From: an uncultured Erysipelotrichaceae bacterium
GTDB taxonomy: Bacteria; Bacillota_I; Bacilli_A; RFN20; CAG-826
Direction: 5' to 3'
Assembly (NCBI GenBank): GCA_902794835.1
Contig: CADBIO010000002.1
Location: 1-48,060, forward strand
Length of the DNA: 48,060 nucleotides
Each line of letters begins with the position of its first letter. The stretch's first letter is position 1. The notes below the pieces were generated by a model. That model made no database searches. It was not told where the DNA came from and worked only from the letters and a program-made list of their open reading frames with translations. Positions 43,184-48,060 of this stretch are shown here, piece after piece. The position numbers were made by a program, and so were the translations under genes.

Positions 43184-44421
43184 TCTCTGTGTCCTCCAAT
43201 TTGTTCATGTCTTCTCCGAATGGTGGAATTAGGCAACAACGAGGAACATCGAAGCACACTGTTGCGCCCATATATTCCATGAATTTGATCTAAGGTGCGA
43301 TCCAAAGACCTTCTCTCTTCTTGTTCTTTTGGATCGATAAACAAAGAAGTTTGCTCCATCTTCGGATTACTTAATTTCCCGAAGGAAATCCCCAAAGCGC
43401 ATATTGGTGCTTCTTTGATTCCCGAAAAGAAGGCTTCTCGGATATAGGCGAACAACTCATAAGTGGAATCGGTAGCGATGGGAAGCTGCATTTGACGGGA
43501 ATATCCACCAAGCGTTCCATAAGAAGCCCAAACGGATATTTTCTGTGTCAGAAAGCTCTCTTTTCTTAATCGTGAAGAAAGATCATCAACCATCTCTCGA
43601 AGCAAAAGCTCGCATTGAGAAGGGACCAATGGCTTGATTAAAGTTTGTCCATTAGACAAAGAAGGGGATACGGGGGTGTATTTTTGAGGGATTTCTGATT
43701 CGTCTTTGCCATTGGCTAAGGCTTTTAATTGAGCCCCCATAATACCAAATTCTTTGGCAAGCAAAGTGTCATCAGCATGAGCTAATTCCTTTAAGGTATT
43801 GATACCGATCCTTGAAAGGTGAGAAGCAGTGCCTTCAGCAATCGACCAGATTTTGGTCATCGGATGGATTTTCCACAATTTCGCAGGTACGTCTTGTTCA
43901 TCCCAATGGGCGATAAATGGTTTTTTCTTTTTGCCTTCGTTATCTAACGCCGTTTTTGCCAAAAACATATTGGGGCCGATTCCTGCTGTGGCGACGAGCC
44001 CCAGCCGATCCCATATCTCTTTTTGAATCCTTTTCACAATGGTTTCAGCCGATCCGCCATATAACTTAAGATACGGGCCTAAATTCAAAAAACTTTCATC
44101 CACGGAATAAATGTGGAGATCTTCTGGTGCGACATATTCTAAAAAGATCGACACGACCTTCGCGGATATGGTCAGATAATAAGACATGCGGGGGACGGCA
44201 TAAATCATCCCGGGAACGTTTGGCAAATCTCTTTTTCGGCAGACGTTCCCACAGCCATATTTTTCTTTTAAATAAGGCGTGACTGACATCACGATGGAAG
44301 AGTCGGAGCGATAGGGGTCACAACAAACCAAAGGCGTTTTAAAGATGTCCAGATGACGGACTGCGCACTCACAGGAGGCATAGAAACTTTTTAGGTCAAT
44401 GATGGCTATCGTTCGTGTCAT
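43180..44421 (-). CDS. Y-family DNA polymerase (UmuC/UvrX-like)
   Basis: IDLKSFYASCE, YSVDESF, GIGPNMFLAK, C-terminal IGGH. Confidence 0.92.
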   Translation of the reverse strand: MTRTIAIIDLKSFYASCECAVRHLDIFKTPLVCCDPYRSDSSIVMSVTPYLKEKYGCGNVCRKRDLPNVPGMIYAVPRMSYYLTISAKVVSIFLEYVAPEDLHIYSVDESFLNLGPYLKLYGGSAETIVKRIQKEIWDRLGLVATAGIGPNMFLAKTALDNEGKKKKPFIAHWDEQDVPAKLWKIHPMTKIWSIAEGTASHLSRIGINTLKELAHADDTLLAKEFGIMGAQLKALANGKDESEIPQKYTPVSPSLSNGQTLIKPLVPSQCELLLREMVDDLSSRLRKESFLTQKISVWASYGTLGGYSRQMQLPIATDSTYELFAYIREAFFSGIKEAPICALGISFGKLSNPKMEQTSLFIDPKEQEERRSLDRTLDQIHGIYGRNSVLRCSSLLPNSTIRRRHEQIGGHRE

Positions 44422-44757
44422 GGGACCTTATTAAAAAGGGAGATTCAAACAAGAAAAAGCCTTGAATTTTCAATGTTTCGAAGCAATGGGCAAAGTAGGT
44501 TAAAAACTTTACAATTACAAAGAAAACGGCCTTATACGATGTCATAATGAAAGCGATAAAAACCAAACGCCATCGCCAAAATAAATATTTTGAACAAATA
44601 AAGGAAAATGGCGATAAAAGCCTTCTTCCAAATGCATTCAAACGGGAAAACGAGGCAACGCGCGTGGAATTTTTGGAAACTTTACAATTGCAAATTGAAA
44701 TTGTTCTTGAAAAAGCGTTTTCTTTTTCTTTCAGGATTACTATAATAATAACCCGTT

Positions 44758-44833
44758 GGGACATTAGCTCAGCTGGGAGAGCGCCTCGTTCGCAACGAGG
44801 AGGTCGACGGTTCGATCCCGTTATGTTCCACCA
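44758..44833 (+). tRNA. tRNA-Ala (anticodon CGC)
   Basis: Cloverleaf: GGGACAT/ATGTTCC acceptor with G3:U70, CCTCG-TT-CGC-AA-CGAGG anticodon arm, TTCGA T-loop, A73, encoded CCA; TATAAT at 44741. Confidence 0.97.
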
Positions 44834-44845
44834 ATAAGCATATAT

Positions 44846-44951
44846 TTGTCGTCGTCCAAATCCGATCGTCCTCAGTTGGACAAAACGGATCGACCTCGGC
44901 GGTTTGAATAGAAGCCGTCAGGAATGGCGGCTTTTTTCGTATCTCGAACTC
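44846..44951 (+). repeat. Repeat module copy 1 (inverted boxes, terminator, conserved tail)
   Basis: TTGTCGTCGTCCAAA-N15-TTGGACAAAA ... hairpin 44912-44937 ... CGTATCTCGAACTC. Confidence 0.75.
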
Positions 44952-44983
44952 GCCGAGCTTCCTTTCGCTTAGAAGTGGGTGCA

Positions 44984-45012
44984 TTGCGAATTAATCAAAA
45001 GTATACTAAAAT
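44984..45012 (+). promoter_or_regulatory. Sigma-A promoter (leaderless) of XRE-GNAT gene
   Basis: TTGCGA-N17-TAAAAT, ATG 6 nt downstream. Confidence 0.7.
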
Positions 45013-45018
45013 TAAACC

Positions 45019-45762
45019 ATGGCAAAAGAACTTGGTAGAAAAATAAGGTCCATACGTCTTAAAAGGAATTTAAGCCAGTCTGAAATGGCAGATATTTTAG
45101 GATATTCCGGAAAAGGAATGATCAGCCGTTTGGAAAACGATTCGGCGGAAATGAGCTACGAAAAACTAATGCTCTTGCTGTCGCGTTTCGGCGAAGATTT
45201 TGAAGGGGAAACGATCGAGACCCTTGCTCCAAAGGCTGATTCCACAGTGATCAAGTCAGCTAACCTTGTTCTCAAGGCCATTGGTTTCGCAGAACTTGAC
45301 GACGTGTTGTCTTTAAAGGTTGCGCCTCATCAACGTGACTTTGTTGCGGAAAACGCGCTCGCTATCGCGGAGGCCTATGCTGCCGAACACGAAGGTGGGA
45401 AAACGCAGTGTTTTGTGGCCTATCACAAGAACGCTCCGGTTGGTTTTGCTTCTATTGCCTTAGGCTCGATAGGAGCCAAAAGAGAAAAAGAGTGGATGAA
45501 AAAATCCTATTGTCTGTGGCGAATCATGATAGATATGAACTATCAAGGCAAAGGTTTTGGCAAAGAACTGCTTACCAGCGTCATTAGGTGGTGCGCTACA
45601 AAGCCCCTAGGCGAAGCCGATGCCATATACACAAGCTGCGATGGAAAAAACGAGGGGGCGATATCCCTATATCAGGCGGCCGGCTTTGAAGTCACGGGCG
45701 AAAAGATCGATGGAGAAATTGTTCTTAAGCGGAGTTTAATGGGAGGGCATTTGGATGAATGA
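45019..45762 (+). CDS. XRE helix-turn-helix plus GNAT acetyltransferase fusion
   Basis: IRLKRNLSQSEMADILGYS..ISRLEN; RIMIDMNYQGKGFGK, N..A..LY...GF (diamine acetyltransferase-like). Confidence 0.85.
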   Translation: MAKELGRKIRSIRLKRNLSQSEMADILGYSGKGMISRLENDSAEMSYEKLMLLLSRFGEDFEGETIETLAPKADSTVIKSANLVLKAIGFAELDDVLSLKVAPHQRDFVAENALAIAEAYAAEHEGGKTQCFVAYHKNAPVGFASIALGSIGAKREKEWMKKSYCLWRIMIDMNYQGKGFGKELLTSVIRWCATKPLGEADAIYTSCDGKNEGAISLYQAAGFEVTGEKIDGEIVLKRSLMGGHLDE

Positions 45763-46627
45763 TAAATATGAATTGGTTCGATTCGAAAAAGACGGTCTGA
45801 TTCTTGACGTTAATGTGTCTCCAAGCGAGGACACTGTATGGCTTTCTTTGAATGAGATGTGCCTTTTGTTCGGGCGCGACAAATCGGTTATTTCAAGACA
45901 TATCAAGAATGTATTTAAAGAAGGGGAGTTAGACTCGAAACGAGTTGTTGCAAAAAATGCAACTACTGCTTCAGATGGGAAGGTTTATGAAGTGACGTTT
46001 TATAACCTAGATGTAATCATTTCGGTTGGCTACCGCGTGAAATCTAAAAACGGGGTGGCTTTTCGAAAATGGGCAAACTCTGTCCTAAAAGAGTATTTGT
46101 TACGTGGGTATGTAGTTGATAGTAGCCGCGCTCTTGTGACCAACGAGAATTACATTAACCTTCTAAATAAGGTTGAAAGTATCGACACGAGGTTGACCAA
46201 AATCGAGGAAGAACATATCCCGGACTTAGAAAAGGTTTTCTTCGACGGCGAATATTTAAACGCTAGAGTATTTATAAAAGAACTGTTTTCTAAGGCAAAA
46301 ACAAGCATTGTGGTCGTCGACCCTTATGCCGACGCAAAGGCGCTTGGTTTTCTTTCGAGCAAAGACAACGCGATTCCGGCAAAAATAATCGTTTCATCCA
46401 AGACCAAACTTACGCAGGGCGATGTTGATGCATTTGTCCTTCAGTATGGAGCATTAACTGTTAAGAGTGACGATTCGTTCCACGACCGCTTTGTCGTCAT
46501 AGACGGCAAGTCTTTATATCACCTTGGAACTTCGTTGAATTATGTCGGCAGGAAAACATTTGCGATTTCGGAACTGACGGACGAGCGGCTTGTGAAAAGC
46601 GTGATTGATAGGATAAACGCCAATTAA
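45755..46627 (+). CDS. RhuM family protein with C-terminal PLD-like domain
   Basis: TVWLS...VISRHIKNVFKEGEL, YNLDVIISVGYRVKS..G..FRKWA; C-terminal VVDPY...FHDRFVVID..YHLGTSLN. Confidence 0.8.
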   Translation: MNDKYELVRFEKDGLILDVNVSPSEDTVWLSLNEMCLLFGRDKSVISRHIKNVFKEGELDSKRVVAKNATTASDGKVYEVTFYNLDVIISVGYRVKSKNGVAFRKWANSVLKEYLLRGYVVDSSRALVTNENYINLLNKVESIDTRLTKIEEEHIPDLEKVFFDGEYLNARVFIKELFSKAKTSIVVVDPYADAKALGFLSSKDNAIPAKIIVSSKTKLTQGDVDAFVLQYGALTVKSDDSFHDRFVVIDGKSLYHLGTSLNYVGRKTFAISELTDERLVKSVIDRINAN

Positions 46628-46716
46628 GGTTCGCGAACGTCTATAAACATGACAAAAAGGCGGATAGATCAAGCTAGAGAGGGAAGCTGCGTCTGGCGAG
46701 ATTCGATAGTGGGGGG

Positions 46717-46747
46717 AAGCCGAGTGAAATATCTCGGTTTTTCTTTT
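46717..46747 (+). terminator. Intrinsic terminator
   Basis: AAGCCGAG-tgaaatat-CTCGGTTTTTCTTTT. Confidence 0.8.
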
Positions 46748-46809
46748 GCCTTCTAAGGACGAAGGATTTTGGACAAAATAGGATGGATTGACTTAGACAA
46801 CCACACAAA

Positions 46810-46905
46810 TTGTCGTTGTCCAAAGTCACTTATTCAAAATTGGACAAAAAGACTTATCCAGCATAGATTAGGCCTCTTCGGAGGTCTTTTCTCGTGTCTT
46901 GACTC
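46810..46905 (+). repeat. Repeat module copy 2
   Basis: TTGTCGTTGTCCAAA-N15-TTGGACAAAA ... hairpin AGGCCTC-TTCG-GAGGTCT-TTT ... CGTGTCTTGACTC. Confidence 0.75.
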
Positions 46906-46910
46906 TTTTT

Positions 46911-46961
46911 AAGTGCAAGTTGCACTTTAAGATTGCACTTTAAAGCATTTTATGATAATAT
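46911..46961 (+). promoter_or_regulatory. Fic promoter with adjacent operator-like repeats
   Basis: Palindrome AAGTGCAA-G-TTGCACTT, direct repeat TTGCACTTTAA x2, TTGCAC-N17-TAATAT. Confidence 0.7.
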
Positions 46962-46967
46962 TTTCCT

Positions 46968-47942
46968 GTGGAAAATAATTATACAAACCGTTACATATTG
47001 GAAACTGGCATTGGTCTTCAAGATGTCGACCATTTAAAGAATTCATCATATTTCCTTCAGGAATCCGAAAGATATTTAAAAGGCGAAATCTCGCTAGATG
47101 AATTAGATGACATCGTGAACTCCTATTACAAGAGTAAACCAGCCGTGGGAGATAGAAGCGAGGAAGCTGATAAAGTCTCGATTAGAATAGCTAGAATAAT
47201 CAATGAGGATTATTTCACTTTTACCGTTGGGCAGCTACTTTCTATTCATCGAATTTTATTTGAAGGTATTTTGGAACACCCTGGCCAATTAAGAACCTAC
47301 AATTTCTCAAAAAAAGAATGGGTTCTTGATGGCGCATCGGTCATCTATGGGGACTATCGTGAATTAGAGGCGACGCTTCAATATGATTTTGATATCGAAA
47401 AGCGGTTTGATTATTCAAAACTTTCCATGGATGAAATCGTTGAGCATCTTGCAATCTTTATTGCCAACCTTTGGCAAATTCACGTTTTTGAAGAGGGCAA
47501 TACCAGAACTACTGCGGTATTTACCATTAAATATTTAAGGAGTTTAGGCTTTGATGTAACCAATGATACATTTGCTAAAAACGCGTGGTATTTCAGAAAC
47601 TCTTTAGTGAGGGCAAACTACACAAACCTACAAAAAGGAATTTATGAAGATAGAACGTATCTCATTAAGTTTCTCAAAAATTTGTTATTCAATGAGAATA
47701 ACCGGTTGGAAAACAAAGAATTGCATATTGTTCCTCTTTCTTCTGTGTTTAATGAGACAAAAGAAGCTAGATTACTCCGTTTGTTAAAAGGTAATCCGAC
47801 TCTGAGAACAGACGAACTAGCGAGGGAATTAGGCGTTTCGTTAAGGACGATTAAAAGCATTATTGCCGCCTTAAGAAAAGACGGGAAACTAGAGCGCGTA
47901 GGCGGAAAGAAATATGGTCACTGGGAGGTAAAGCAACTATGA
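46968..47942 (+). CDS. Fic domain protein with VbhA-like N-terminus and C-terminal HTH
   Basis: Fic motif HVFEEGNTRTT; N-terminal TGIGLQDVD helix; C-terminal ELARELGVSLRTIK...ERVGGKKYGHWEV. Confidence 0.88.
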   Translation: MENNYTNRYILETGIGLQDVDHLKNSSYFLQESERYLKGEISLDELDDIVNSYYKSKPAVGDRSEEADKVSIRIARIINEDYFTFTVGQLLSIHRILFEGILEHPGQLRTYNFSKKEWVLDGASVIYGDYRELEATLQYDFDIEKRFDYSKLSMDEIVEHLAIFIANLWQIHVFEEGNTRTTAVFTIKYLRSLGFDVTNDTFAKNAWYFRNSLVRANYTNLQKGIYEDRTYLIKFLKNLLFNENNRLENKELHIVPLSSVFNETKEARLLRLLKGNPTLRTDELARELGVSLRTIKSIIAALRKDGKLERVGGKKYGHWEVKQL

Positions 47943-48049
47943 AAACTTATTGCGGAATCGATTGTTGCAAAGATTGTGACAAATTATCCGAATGTGGTGG
48001 CTGTGAGAAGTGTCAGGGGCACCCTGTAGGAGCGGTTCAGCCGCTCTAA
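47939..48049 (+). pseudogene. Truncated Cys-rich DUF3795-like gene
   Basis: ATGA-coupled to Fic; MKTYCGIDCCKDC..CGGCEKCQGHP then VGAVQPL* from a GTAG-hairpin sequence. Confidence 0.55.
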
Positions 48050-48060
48050 TCATTACTATT

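Larger units (their letters stand above)
44834..48060 (+). mobile_element. Probable tRNA-anchored accessory island (left part; no integrase in window)
   Basis: Starts at tRNA 3' end; cargo typical of islands (XRE, GNAT, RhuM, Fic); Fic gene visibly more AT-rich than core genes. Confidence 0.55.

Noticed and set aside
44547-44837. 96-aa (+) and 122-aa (-, 44396-44764) ORFs in the polymerase-tRNA gap
   Set aside because: They overlap the tRNA and its promoter and have no recognisable motifs; probably spurious.
46659-46716. Possible degenerate tRNA or attR copy (contains ATTCGA)
   Set aside because: No cloverleaf and no match to the tRNA-Ala 3' end.
44846-46849. CRISPR array interpretation of the GTCCAA/TTGGAC repeats
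   Set aside because: Repeats are too short, partly inverted, spacers are only 15-16 nt, and there are no cas genes.

Overview
Low-GC Bacillota chromosome segment (Bacilli; the gene content and style suggest an Erysipelotrichales/RFN20-like gut or rumen lineage, which is an inference). It uses the standard code: UGA is a stop, and prfB carries the CTT-TGA-C +1 frameshift. Most of the window is housekeeping: eno, ung, tsaE-tsaB-rimI-tsaD, asnS, pcrA-ligA, comFA-comFC, secA-prfB, uvrB, secG, folD, a umuC-like/yolD pair and tRNA-Ala(CGC). Four parts stand out. (1) At the left edge is a fatty-acid locus: the C-terminus of a close homologue of the Cutibacterium (Propionibacterium) acnes polyunsaturated fatty acid isomerase (PAI), then a CrtI/RetSat-like flavoprotein, an FNR-[2Fe-2S] reductase and a convergent DegV. 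It is a candidate trans-10 linoleate biohydrogenation system. (2) An orphan ~150-nt structured RNA has its own promoter and terminator (7404-7553, minus strand). (3) A surface-glycan cluster encodes an O-antigen-ligase-like protein, a lipoprotein, a TupA-like ATP-grasp enzyme and three GT4s. (4) In an island downstream of tRNA-Ala, each gene pair (XRE-GNAT + RhuM; Fic + DUF3795 fragment) is preceded by the same ~100-bp repeat/terminator module, suggesting a cassette-type array. Many genes appear to be leaderless. Family calls are from motif recognition by eye, not database searches.
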